DNA of 64,000 nt, taken from positions 2,144,001 to 2,208,000 of the forward strand of contig OY764265.1 in the NCBI GenBank assembly GCA_963668355.1. The letters run 5' to 3'. Positions 1 through 9,156 of this stretch are shown piece after piece; the stretch's first letter is position 1; each line of letters starts with the position of its first letter. The position numbers were made by a program, and so were the translations under genes. Source of the DNA: Bdellovibrionota bacterium (GTDB lineage Bacteria; Bdellovibrionota_G; JALEGL01; DATDPG01). Below the pieces are notes generated by a model, which saw only the letters and a program-made list of their open reading frames with translations, was not told the origin of the DNA and searched no databases.

Positions 1-1
1 A

Positions 2-181
2 CAGGGGGTGGATCTGGAAAGGCAAATGGACGAAATGGAGAAAAAACTTCTCCTGGAAGCCCTTCGTGAAGCCAATGGAGTGAAAAAGAAGGCGGCGGCG
101 TTGCTTAAAATTAGCTTCCGCTCGTTAAGATATCGTCTCATGAAGCATAAAATCGACTCGGATGAGGGCTCAGAGGGGTGA
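2..181 (+). CDS. pilR: C-terminal end (Fis-type HTH) of a sigma-54-dependent response regulator, PilR-like; 5' part lies outside the window
   Basis: Frame 2 reads QGVDLERQMDEMEKKLLLEALREANGVKKKAAALLKISFRSLRYRLMKH...stop at 179-181. The ISFRSLRYR HTH is typical of PilR, and the gene sits directly upstream of pilA. Confidence 0.8.
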   Translation, partial: QGVDLERQMDEMEKKLLLEALREANGVKKKAAALLKISFRSLRYRLMKHKIDSDEGSEG

Positions 182-235
182 CAATTTTTGTCCATTGACG
201 AAAAAGGGCGCCCATTTATGACAAAATTTGTCACT
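178..235. promoter_or_regulatory. Paired palindromic enhancer sites (probable PilR upstream activating sequences)
   Basis: Two related dyads, gTGACAatttttGTCca (~178-194) and aTGACAaaattTGTCAc (~219-235), lie about 85-140 bp upstream of a sigma-54 promoter. Confidence 0.6.
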
Positions 236-316
236 CTATAACGAGTCGCGTCAGAGGGATCGTTCATAACTCACTGAAAACAAAGGAAAAATTAAAGTTC
301 GCGCCTTTTTTCATTT

Positions 317-332
317 TGGCTTAAAGTTTGCT
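317..332 (+). promoter_or_regulatory. sigma-54 (-24/-12) promoter of pilA
   Basis: TGGCttaaagtTTGCT has the GG-N10-GC spacing and lies 65 bp upstream of the pilA ATG. Confidence 0.8.
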
Positions 333-396
333 TTATGACGGCGAGGCCTTGAAAGGGTCACGTTAGTCTCTAGAGAACTACTTAGGAGGAAAATCA

Positions 397-930
397 ATGT
401 TAAAAGCTTTATTTAAAATGAAGAAGCAGAAAGGCTTCACGTTGATCGAGCTAATGATCGTTGTTGCGATTATTGGTATTTTGGCAGCGGTCGCTATTCC
501 TGCTTTCTTGAAATACATCCGAAAATCCAAAACCACGGAAGCTCGAACCAACATCCGTAAATTGTATGATGGTGAGCTTTCTTACTATGACGAAGAACAC
601 GTCGAACGAAACGGTCAAATGATCAGCAAACAGTTCATCTCTGCGGGTCCGACCCCAGCTACGGCGGGTTTGAATGTGGATAAACGAACGGGTGACTGGA
701 CAACAGATGACTGGTCCGCTTTGAAATTCGGATCAGATTCTCCCGTGTTGTATTCCTATGAAACAACCGCATCAGGCTCAGGAACCAACTCGGCCTTCAC
801 GGCTCGAGCCTATGGTGACTTGGATGGTGACGGAACCACATCTATTTTCGAGCGCGTTGGATCCGTTGATACGGGTACAGGTGAAGTCGTCGGTGGTGCC
901 GGTCTCTACACCTACAACGATCTTGAGTAG
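397..930 (+). CDS. pilA: Type IVa major pilin
   Basis: Class III signal peptide [27 protein letters not shown] with E5; strong RBS (AGGAGG); followed by a terminator. Confidence 0.95.
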   Translation: MLKALFKMKKQKGFTLIELMIVVAIIGILAAVAIPAFLKYIRKSKTTEARTNIRKLYDGELSYYDEEHVERNGQMISKQFISAGPTPATAGLNVDKRTGDWTTDDWSALKFGSDSPVLYSYETTASGSGTNSAFTARAYGDLDGDGTTSIFERVGSVDTGTGEVVGGAGLYTYNDLE

Positions 931-961
931 AATAAGCTCTTAAACCTTCTTAGAAGGTTTG

Positions 962-998
962 AAACGGCTGGAAATGAAAGTTTCCAGCCGTTTTTTTT
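962..998 (+). terminator. Rho-independent terminator after pilA
   Basis: aaacggctggaaa-tgaaag-tttccagccgtttttttt: stem-loop followed by a U-tract. Confidence 0.9.
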
Positions 999-1069
999 GT
1001 GTGATTTTTGATCGTTGAGGGCAACAAGGAGGTTTGCAAAAAGATCAAATCGAATAAAATTAGGGCCTT

Positions 1070-2005
1070 GTGAAGTTTGGGAAACTGACAAAAACCGTCC
1101 TTTTGGGCGCCCTCTTTTTGAGTTCCTTTTTCGGACTCTTGGTGGGGCATATGAATCTGGTCATTCATGAAAATAACCAACCTTCGGATCCCAGTATGTA
1201 TTACGTGCTGGATGGGCAGAAAATCAAACCGTTTCTTTTGGGGCACGAAGCCCTCTTGGCCGATCTCATTTGGATTCGAACCTTGGGCTATTTTGCAGAT
1301 GAAATTTTGTCTGGTGGAAAATTTGAGTTTCTTGAGAAATTGGTGAATTTAGCCACGGACTTAGATCCTCGTTTTGAGAGCGTGTACATCTGGGCGGGGG
1401 CCATCACGATGTACAATTCAGGTGCGATTACGAAAGAAAAAGTTGAAGCCAGCAATCGAATTTTATTGAAAGGGTGGAATACCATTCAGAATGACCCGGA
1501 AGGGTGGAGGCACGACCCTCGCTATTGGATGATTCCGCAGATGCTGGGCTTCAATTACGCCATTGAGCTAAGAGATCACGAAAAAGGTGCTCCCTTCATT
1601 GCGGCTGTCGCAAGAATTCCAGAAAGTCCGGACCTATACAAAACGTGGGCTGCGACGTTGTTTAACAAAAGTGGGAATCTCCAAGCAGGAATCGATGTCT
1701 TGGAGGACGTATTGGCCATTGAGACCTTAAGTTCTCAGCTGGCCAGCATCAAAGAAAATCAAATTCGGCAAAGAATCATGAGTCGTTTGAACTATTATTA
1801 TGAACGACTCTATGGAGAAGACGGAAAGAAACGGGTTGAAGTTTTAAAACGAACCTTGGAAAAATTATTTTGGGAGTGGCGAAATACACTTCCCTATGTT
1901 TCTTTTGATCTGTTCCTGTTGCTTCGAGAAGATTCGCCCCAGAAACCTTTAACACCTGACCTGTGGTCGAACCTTTTTCCTCATCTTGACTCTTCCTCTC
2001 TATGA
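1070..2005 (+). CDS. PilG-like pilin-associated protein (Myxococcus pilG / Geobacter xap-type)
   Basis: N-terminal TM segment, LLADLIWIRTLGYF and TDLDPRF motifs, TPR-like helices; lies between pilA and the pilHI ABC genes. Confidence 0.6.
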   Translation: MKFGKLTKTVLLGALFLSSFFGLLVGHMNLVIHENNQPSDPSMYYVLDGQKIKPFLLGHEALLADLIWIRTLGYFADEILSGGKFEFLEKLVNLATDLDPRFESVYIWAGAITMYNSGAITKEKVEASNRILLKGWNTIQNDPEGWRHDPRYWMIPQMLGFNYAIELRDHEKGAPFIAAVARIPESPDLYKTWAATLFNKSGNLQAGIDVLEDVLAIETLSSQLASIKENQIRQRIMSRLNYYYERLYGEDGKKRVEVLKRTLEKLFWEWRNTLPYVSFDLFLLLREDSPQKPLTPDLWSNLFPHLDSSSL

Positions 2006-3582
2006 TCTGGCTATTGGTAGCGATGGGGTGGTTTTGGATCTCCGCGCCGAGCATGGGGTGGCTGGATGCGACGGAACTCTCACTCTCGGCAAATTCCTTG
2101 GGAATTGGACATCCTCCAGGCCAAATTCCCCATGTTCTCTTAGGCGCTTTGGTTCAGTTACTTCCGGTGGGTGATCCTTCGTTTCGTTTGGTGTTTTTGT
2201 CGGTTCTTGGGTGTTTGCTATGTCTTGTCTTTGCCAAGAAGCTTTCTTCGACCGCTCCAAATCTTTGGATCGATGGTCTAATCATTTTGCTCGGAACCTC
2301 TTGGCTGTTTTCTCTTCAAGCCATTCGGACCGAAGTATATGGTTTGGTGGGGGCTCTGTCGTTGGGAAGTGTTCTGCTGACTCTTCCACCCCTGGATGTT
2401 CGAAAGAGGTACCTGGCTTGGTTCGTTTGGGGATTGGCGATGTTGCTTCATCCAACGATTTCTTTTGGTGCGTTACCTTTTTTACTTCGAGGCTCCGGGA
2501 AGAAGGGAGTTTTTTTTACACTGCTTGTTTCCCTTTTGCTTGTGTATCTTCCATTCCGGGCCATGAGTGATCCGGCATGGAATTTTGGAAATCCAAAGGA
2601 GTGGGATCGATTTCTTTGGTACATCACGGGAAAATTGTATTCGGCGTATTCACCTGCATCGATGGGCCAGTACGTTTCCAACGTCTTCCGTACGTTTCAT
2701 ATGCTTGCGGAAATGTTGACGTTGCCGGGGGTGGCTTTGTCGATTTACGGAGGGTTTGTTTGTTATCGAGAGCGACGAAGCTTCTTCTTCACAACTTTCT
2801 GGAGTTTGGTTCTGTTTTTGTTTCCCGTTCTTTCGAGAGGACATTTCTGGGAAACGAATCCGGACCTGGGGGGGTATCTTCTTCCTGCATCGGCCTTGCT
2901 TTTGGCTTGGTCCCTTCGGGGAGGCCAGGAGCTATTGGCCAAGTTTGCTTGGCTTAAATTTCCGGTCGTTTCCATCCTTGTTCTGGTCTTAAGTTTGCAC
3001 TTGTTGGAATGGAAGAATGATCTCTCTTTGCGAAAGGATTTTAGTGCCCATATTCATGCCAAATATTTGCTTGAAGAACCGGGTCCCAGAGCGCGGGTTC
3101 ATGTCGCCAGTTTTTCGACATTTAGTTTTATGCGCTATGGGCAAGTGGTTGAAGGGTTACGTCCGGATCTTCGGATAAGATATCGAGGTCTACCAACCCC
3201 CTTCAAAGACGCTCCGGTTCAGAGTGAAGAACAACAGTGGTGGGAATTGGCCTTGAGCCGGGGGCGAGACGGGCAATATGAGTTGCGCAAAGAAGATCGG
3301 GAACTCGCGCCTCAGTTAATTCCTCAAGGTTGGTTTTATCTTATTGGAGGCGGGGTCGCAGAGAAAGACTGGGTGAATGAACTCAAGAGGAGGAACCAAA
3401 AAGTCCTCGGACCGATGAGGGCCAAACTGGAGTATCCCAAAGAACCTCTAATCTTGAATTATCTTGTGCATTACATAATGTCTCGAGACTCTCAAAGGGA
3501 GGAAACGCTTCACATTTGGAGGGATTTTCAGGAAATGTTTCCAAGTGTGGAAGGTTTGGAAATGGTGGAGCCAAAATCATGA
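2002..3582 (+). CDS. DUF2723 / TMEM260-like GT-C membrane glycosyltransferase
   Basis: DATEL...LGIGHPPG motif, EVY motif and a WNFGNP...F segment, with about 10 hydrophobic segments. Confidence 0.75.
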   Translation: MIWLLVAMGWFWISAPSMGWLDATELSLSANSLGIGHPPGQIPHVLLGALVQLLPVGDPSFRLVFLSVLGCLLCLVFAKKLSSTAPNLWIDGLIILLGTSWLFSLQAIRTEVYGLVGALSLGSVLLTLPPLDVRKRYLAWFVWGLAMLLHPTISFGALPFLLRGSGKKGVFFTLLVSLLLVYLPFRAMSDPAWNFGNPKEWDRFLWYITGKLYSAYSPASMGQYVSNVFRTFHMLAEMLTLPGVALSIYGGFVCYRERRSFFFTTFWSLVLFLFPVLSRGHFWETNPDLGGYLLPASALLLAWSLRGGQELLAKFAWLKFPVVSILVLVLSLHLLEWKNDLSLRKDFSAHIHAKYLLEEPGPRARVHVASFSTFSFMRYGQVVEGLRPDLRIRYRGLPTPFKDAPVQSEEQQWWELALSRGRDGQYELRKEDRELAPQLIPQGWFYLIGGGVAEKDWVNELKRRNQKVLGPMRAKLEYPKEPLILNYLVHYIMSRDSQREETLHIWRDFQEMFPSVEGLEMVEPKS

Positions 3583-4514
3583 ACAAGAATGTCATTGAAA
3601 TAAAGAATTTGAATAAGGAGTTTTCCACTGATTTTTGGAAGCCAAAAGTTCAGGCCATTCAAGATGTCTCGTTTGAAGTGAAGAAAGGGGAGATTTTCGG
3701 TCTGGTCGGTCCCAATGGCGCAGGAAAGACCACGACGTTGAAGGTTTTGATGGGGCTTCTAAGGGCGACCTCCGGTGAGGCGTTGATCAATGGCGTCTCT
3801 GTCATGAAAACAAACGCTCGAAATGAGTTGGGGTACTTGCCGGAAAATGCCTACTACTATGACTTTCTCAAAACGGAAGAAGTATTGGATTTTTATGGAA
3901 GGCTTTTTGGTCTATCCAAGAAAGCCCGGAAAAAGAAAACCGACGAACTCTTGGAGTGGGTCGGTTTATCACATCGTCGTGGGGTTCGGTTGAGAGCCTT
4001 CTCCAAAGGGATGTTACAACGAATTGGCCTTGCCCAAGCTCTGGTCAACGATCCTGCTTTGGTCGTGTTGGATGAGCCAATGTCGGGCCTGGATCCCATT
4101 GGTCGAAAAGAAGTACGAGACATCATCGTCAATTTGGCCAATATGGGAAAAACAATTTTGTTTTCTTCGCATATCCTGTCGGATGTCGAGGTCCTTTGTG
4201 ATCGGGTGGCCATTCTGATCAATGGCCAAGTAAAGGCTTATGGAGATTTGGCCTCGTTGGTCCAACCCCGTGTGAAATCGGTGGAGATTACGATGCAGGG
4301 AGAGGAACATCCCGACCCCGAACCTTCGTGGAAGGATGGCAACATTCAGATCCGTCATGCGGGGGACAAGACCATTTTGACCACCCAAGACGTTTCAAAG
4401 ACCTCAAGCTTAATGGAGTGGGGAAAAGGGAAAGGCCTGAATTTGCTCTCGGTGGTTTCACATAAAGAAACCTTGGAAGATTTATTCATTCGAAAAGTGG
4501 AGGATTCGAAATGA
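3579..4514 (+). CDS. ABC transporter ATP-binding protein (PilH-like)
   Basis: Walker A GPNGAGKT, signature FSKGM, Walker B VVLDEP. The ATG at 3579 overlaps the upstream stop. Confidence 0.9.
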   Translation: MNKNVIEIKNLNKEFSTDFWKPKVQAIQDVSFEVKKGEIFGLVGPNGAGKTTTLKVLMGLLRATSGEALINGVSVMKTNARNELGYLPENAYYYDFLKTEEVLDFYGRLFGLSKKARKKKTDELLEWVGLSHRRGVRLRAFSKGMLQRIGLAQALVNDPALVVLDEPMSGLDPIGRKEVRDIIVNLANMGKTILFSSHILSDVEVLCDRVAILINGQVKAYGDLASLVQPRVKSVEITMQGEEHPDPEPSWKDGNIQIRHAGDKTILTTQDVSKTSSLMEWGKGKGLNLLSVVSHKETLEDLFIRKVEDSK

Positions 4515-5314
4515 TTTGGCGATTGTATGCTTTGGCGCTGAACACGTTTCGAGAAGCTGTAAGGCAAAAGATCTTGTATACGTTGGTGTTCTTCACGGCA
4601 GTGATGATTTTGGCGTCGTTGTTCTTGGGTCAATTGTCTTTGGGGGCCGATGTTAAAATCGTCAAGGACTTGGGGTTGGCTTCCATCATGTTGTTTGGAG
4701 CGATGATTTCCATTTTTATGGGGATTGGTCTGGTCTTCAAAGAGGTGGATCGCAGAACCATTTATACCATTCTTTCCAAACCCGTTTCACGAGCTGAGTT
4801 TGTGGTGGGAAAATATCTGGGGTTGGTGGCGACGATTGCTTTGGAAGTTTTTGCAATGACGCTACTCCTTTTCCTCCTACTCTCCTTTTATTCAGAACCC
4901 TTGGATTGGAACTTATTGAAAGCGGTTCTCATGATTTATACCGAGCTATGTGTTTTGACCGCGGTTGCTTTGATTTTTTCGGCTTATTCGTCCTCCTTCA
5001 TGAGTTCGTTATTTTCCATTTCTTTCCTTCTCTTGGGGCACTTGACGGATGATTTGGCCGAAATTTTGGAACCCAAAATTGCCATCTTGCGAGAGGGAGG
5101 AGGGCTTGAACATGCTTTGGCCTTCTTTTTGTCGAGTTTTTCTTGGCTACTGGAGCAGTTTAATCTGGACCACTTTGTCATCAACGCAAAGATCGTACAC
5201 GGAGTTCCCGTACGTTGGGATTGGCTCTTCCATTCTCTTTATTATGCTGTGTGCTATGTTGTTATTTTGATCATGATTGCGATTTTTGTGTTTCGTCGAA
5301 AGGATCTCAAGTGA
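4511..5314 (+). CDS. ABC-2 type permease (PilI-like)
   Basis: ALNTFREAVR N-terminus, EVDRRTIYTILSKPVSRAEFVVGKY motif, about 6 TM segments, C-terminal FRRKDL. Confidence 0.85.
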   Translation: MIWRLYALALNTFREAVRQKILYTLVFFTAVMILASLFLGQLSLGADVKIVKDLGLASIMLFGAMISIFMGIGLVFKEVDRRTIYTILSKPVSRAEFVVGKYLGLVATIALEVFAMTLLLFLLLSFYSEPLDWNLLKAVLMIYTELCVLTAVALIFSAYSSSFMSSLFSISFLLLGHLTDDLAEILEPKIAILREGGGLEHALAFFLSSFSWLLEQFNLDHFVINAKIVHGVPVRWDWLFHSLYYAVCYVVILIMIAIFVFRRKDLK

Positions 5315-5949
5315 GGAAGAAGATTCTTTCCGTAGGAATGGGTGGGGCTGTGGTGTTGCTGCTGATTCTTACGCGTTGCTTTTTGGGGTCCCAGGAAGCC
5401 TATGAAAAAGGTACGCAGCTTCTTCAAAAGGGAGAGGTGGAGAGCGCCATCTTGTCCTTTGATCATGCCATTCACTGGTATTTCCCAGGGAACCCTTTTC
5501 CTGAAAGATCCATTCAGTCGCTGTGGAAACTGGGGAATGATCTTCAAAATAAACAGGACCCTTCCATGGCTCTTTTGGCTTTTGATTCTCTTCGGGGGGG
5601 GATTTATTCGATTCGAAATGTCTATTGGCCGTATCGGGATTGGTTGCCCCAAGTAAATGAGAAAATTGCTCGTTTAAGAGGAATGCAAGAAGCCAAACAG
5701 AATCCCCAATTGAGGCCCGAGGATGCCTATGAAAAGCATTTAAAGCTGCTAACGCGCGATGAACGTCCCCAAACCGCATGGGTCGTTCTTATGGGAGTGG
5801 GCTTCCTCGGTTGGCTCTTTTCAATTGTGGCTTGGATTTGGAAGGGATTTGACGCCGAGGGCAAGATTCTCTTACGGAAATCGATTCCTTGGGTGATTGC
5901 TGCGGTGATTTTTTTCGCCTTGTGGGTAGGAAGTCTACTGAAGGCGTGA
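5311..5949 (+). CDS. Hypothetical membrane protein with a TPR-like periplasmic domain
   Basis: GTG start overlapping the pilI stop; one N-terminal TM and two C-terminal TM segments. Confidence 0.7.
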   Translation: MRKKILSVGMGGAVVLLLILTRCFLGSQEAYEKGTQLLQKGEVESAILSFDHAIHWYFPGNPFPERSIQSLWKLGNDLQNKQDPSMALLAFDSLRGGIYSIRNVYWPYRDWLPQVNEKIARLRGMQEAKQNPQLRPEDAYEKHLKLLTRDERPQTAWVVLMGVGFLGWLFSIVAWIWKGFDAEGKILLRKSIPWVIAAVIFFALWVGSLLKA

Positions 5950-8348
5950 CGTCCTTTCCCTATATCGCGCTGGCTTTTTCCGGCCTCGCATCGCTCATTC
6001 TTCAAGTGATTTGGACGCGATTCGGTGTTCTCATTTTTGGAACCACCACGCTTTCCATTACAACGGTTCTCTCCGTTTTCATGGGTGGATTGGCTCTTGG
6101 AAATGCTGTGGTGGGAAAGTGGGGGTTGAATAGGGTTCGTCGACCTTTTTTGGCTTACGCAGGAGTTGAAATGAGCACCGGGCTTCTGGCTGCGGGCATC
6201 GTTCTTTGCTCGGTTTGGTTTCATGGGGCGGATCAAATTCCGGGGGTTTTGTTTGTTTCTCTCATGATGTTGGCCACGACGATGATGGGGATGACCCTTC
6301 CTTTTATGATTCAGGGCTTGAGAGAGTTTGGCGTCTCACGATTCGTCTCGGTGGCTTGGGCGTATGGCATAAACACAGTGGGAGGGGCTGTGGGAGCCCT
6401 CTTGGGGGCGTTTGTGTGGCTTCCGAAGTTTGGTTTGTTCGGGGCTTCTTGGGTCGCGGTGCTTCTTTTGTTTTTGGCCTCCGGTTTCGGATGGGTTCTT
6501 CGGAATCGCGGAACGGTCCAAGAGGTGAAGCGTGAGAACCCGCAGAAGAACGAAAAATTGCAATGGGGCTTATTGGGCATTGCGGCTTGGGGGGGAGCCT
6601 CTTCCCTTTCTTTGGAAATTGTCTGGACTAGGCTGCTGAGTTTGATTTTGGGACCCTCCGTCTATGCCTTTGGCGTGGTTTTGTTTGTCTATTTATTGGG
6701 GATTTCACTAGGATCGGTCTTAAGTGGTTTTGTCCTAAAGCGTTTAAAGGTAAAGCCGGTTTTGATCAGTTCGGTCTTGTTTCTTTTGGCCCTTTCGGTG
6801 GCGTTGAGCTCAGGCATTTTTGGTGTTCTGCCTTTCGTGTATGTCTCCACGGTTGAATGGCTTCATCCTTCGCCACGCTCTCTTGTCCTGGTGGAAATGT
6901 TTCTCTCCTTTTTGGCCTTGATGCCGACCGCATTATTGCATGGGTTTCTATTGCCCTTATTGATTCAAGTGTATGGAGAGAATGATTCCATCGAGAAATC
7001 TACGGCATGGAGTTTAAGCATCAACACGTTGGGGGCGATCATTGGGTCTATGCTTACGGGGCTATGGCTGATTCCGAGTTATGGTTTCATGTGGATTGTT
7101 TTCAGTGTGATTTTTTTCCACGTCTTGTTAGGGCTAGGAATCTTTTTAAAAACTCAACCCCATTTTTCCGGGACTTCAAAAGCTGTCCTCTCCGTGGTGG
7201 TTATCTTGTTCGTGGTGGTGTTTGGATTTCGCATGGATCAATTTTGGGACCGAGCCGTACTTTCGAGTGGGGTCTACAAATATGCCGTGGGTGACGCGCT
7301 AAAAGGCAAGGAGGGCTCAAGCATTGAAGTGGGCAAAGTGCTTTTTTATCGAGAGGGGAAGGTTTCCACAGTCGCCGTTTTGGAAACGCCCAATGATCGA
7401 GTTCTTTCCATTGATGGAAAGGCCGATGCTTCTGCCTATGGAGATCGTTCCACACAGGTTCTTTTGGGAGCTCTTCCCATGAGCCTTTCTCGATCCATGG
7501 AAGATGTTTTGGTGATCGGTTTTGCCAGCGGCGTGACGGCCGGCGTGGCCTCCTTGTTTCCCGAATCGCATGTCACATCGGTGGAAATTGAGCCGGCGGT
7601 ATACGAAGCAGCCAAATTCTTTGAAGAAGTGAATCATGGTCCGTTATTGCCTCCGAATCACGACATGAGGGTCGATGATGCCAGACGCTTCTTGAGGGTA
7701 ACGCCTAAAACATTTGATGTGATCACGTCGGAGCCTTCCAATCCCTGGATGAGCGGAGTGGCTCCTTTGTTCACCCAAGAGTTCTTTCGGTTGGCATCCG
7801 AGCATTTAGCTCCTCAAGGAGTCATGTGCCAGTGGTTACCCATTTACGGCATGTCGACAGAGTTGGTGTCCTCCGTCATGAAAACGTTTCATTCTGTTTT
7901 TCCTCATGTCTTGGTTTTTGAGTCGATTGAGGGCTTTGATTTGTTGATGATCGGTTCTTTTGACGCTGTTTCTCTGGATCCACGAAAAATGGAAAGCCGA
8001 TGGGGCAACTTAGAGCTGCAACGGGAGTTGACCTCGATCGGAATTACAAAAGGAGTGGATCTCATTGGGCGGTTCATTTTGGGTGCACAGGGTTTGGAGC
8101 GTTTTTCGTCTTCGGGAGTCATCAACACAGATGATAATGGCTACCTCGAATTTCGAGCACCGTTGGATTTGCACTTAAAAACGGCGGGATTAAACGATCG
8201 CCTTCTTTCTCAAGCGACGGAGGGAATCGGACCTTATTTGAACATTGAGGAATTTTCGAAATTCGATCAACATCGATTGATTGAACGATTTAAAGACCGA
8301 AAAGAACAGCGGCTGATTCGTTTGTGGGAAGAGAGCGACGGATTTTAA
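5946..8348 (+). CDS. Fused multi-pass membrane / spermidine-synthase-like SAM-dependent transferase
   Basis: About 12 TM segments with the repeated QVIWTR/EIVWTR motif, then a SAM-binding domain (VLVIGFASGVT, VEIEP, DDARRFL, DVITSEPSNPW). Confidence 0.85.
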   Translation: MTSFPYIALAFSGLASLILQVIWTRFGVLIFGTTTLSITTVLSVFMGGLALGNAVVGKWGLNRVRRPFLAYAGVEMSTGLLAAGIVLCSVWFHGADQIPGVLFVSLMMLATTMMGMTLPFMIQGLREFGVSRFVSVAWAYGINTVGGAVGALLGAFVWLPKFGLFGASWVAVLLLFLASGFGWVLRNRGTVQEVKRENPQKNEKLQWGLLGIAAWGGASSLSLEIVWTRLLSLILGPSVYAFGVVLFVYLLGISLGSVLSGFVLKRLKVKPVLISSVLFLLALSVALSSGIFGVLPFVYVSTVEWLHPSPRSLVLVEMFLSFLALMPTALLHGFLLPLLIQVYGENDSIEKSTAWSLSINTLGAIIGSMLTGLWLIPSYGFMWIVFSVIFFHVLLGLGIFLKTQPHFSGTSKAVLSVVVILFVVVFGFRMDQFWDRAVLSSGVYKYAVGDALKGKEGSSIEVGKVLFYREGKVSTVAVLETPNDRVLSIDGKADASAYGDRSTQVLLGALPMSLSRSMEDVLVIGFASGVTAGVASLFPESHVTSVEIEPAVYEAAKFFEEVNHGPLLPPNHDMRVDDARRFLRVTPKTFDVITSEPSNPWMSGVAPLFTQEFFRLASEHLAPQGVMCQWLPIYGMSTELVSSVMKTFHSVFPHVLVFESIEGFDLLMIGSFDAVSLDPRKMESRWGNLELQRELTSIGITKGVDLIGRFILGAQGLERFSSSGVINTDDNGYLEFRAPLDLHLKTAGLNDRLLSQATEGIGPYLNIEEFSKFDQHRLIERFKDRKEQRLIRLWEESDGF

Positions 8349-9152
8349 ATGGATACGTTGGTCGAGATTTATGTTTTTGTTTTTGGCTTGATGGTGGGGA
8401 GCTTTGTTAATGTATGCATCTACCGATTGCCGAAAGACTATTCTGTGGTCACCCCTCGTTCAGCTTGTACGAGATGTGGCAGTCGGATTGCTTGGTATGA
8501 CAATGTACCTGTTTTGAGTTTTCTGTGGCTTCGGGGAAGGTGTCGAAGCTGTGGAATCCCTTTTGGATTCATTTACCCCCTGATCGAGCTCTTGGTGGGA
8601 GGAACGGCTTTATATGTGTACTGGAAGCTCGGCCTTTCCCTTTTGAGTGCCTATGCATTTGTCTTGGCTGTTTCACTCATCATTGTCAGCGTCATTGATT
8701 TGCAGCATCGAATCATTCCAAATGTGATTTCGATCCCCGGAACCTGGATTGGTTTGGGAATGGCCATGTTGGCGGCTTGGCTCGGACTGGATTGGCCGGT
8801 GACCGTAAAACAATCCTTCCTGGGAATTCTCGTTGGAGGAGGCATCCTTTGGGCGGTGGGTTCTCTGTATGAAAAGATCACCGGTCGGGAAGGAATTGGC
8901 TTTGGGGATGTGAAGTTGTTGGCGTTATTCGGCGCGAACGTGGGCGTGTATGGCGTTATGACGGCCCTGATCTACGGTTCTTTTTTTGGGTCCATCATCG
9001 GTATTTTCATGATGATCTTTTTTGGAAAAGACCGGAAATATGCCATCCCATTTGGCCCTTTTCTCTGTCTTGGGCTTTGGGTGTATGTCACCTTTGGACA
9101 CCAAGCCATTGCAATTCCAATGCGTTTCCTGAGCGAGCTTTTCTCTGGGTAA
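8349..9152 (+). CDS. pilD: Prepilin peptidase / N-methyltransferase
   Basis: GSFVNVCIYRLP, two CxxC pairs (CTRC, CRSC), the catalytic D in VIDLQH, GFGDVKL and IPFGPFL motifs. Confidence 0.95.
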   Translation: MDTLVEIYVFVFGLMVGSFVNVCIYRLPKDYSVVTPRSACTRCGSRIAWYDNVPVLSFLWLRGRCRSCGIPFGFIYPLIELLVGGTALYVYWKLGLSLLSAYAFVLAVSLIIVSVIDLQHRIIPNVISIPGTWIGLGMAMLAAWLGLDWPVTVKQSFLGILVGGGILWAVGSLYEKITGREGIGFGDVKLLALFGANVGVYGVMTALIYGSFFGSIIGIFMMIFFGKDRKYAIPFGPFLCLGLWVYVTFGHQAIAIPMRFLSELFSG

Positions 9153-9156
9153 GGCG

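Noticed and set aside
397..930. PilA as an electrically conductive e-pilin (F1, F24, Y27, Y50/Y51 present)
   Set aside because: These aromatics are common in deltaproteobacterial-type pilins, the pilin is full length, and no multiheme cytochromes are in the window.
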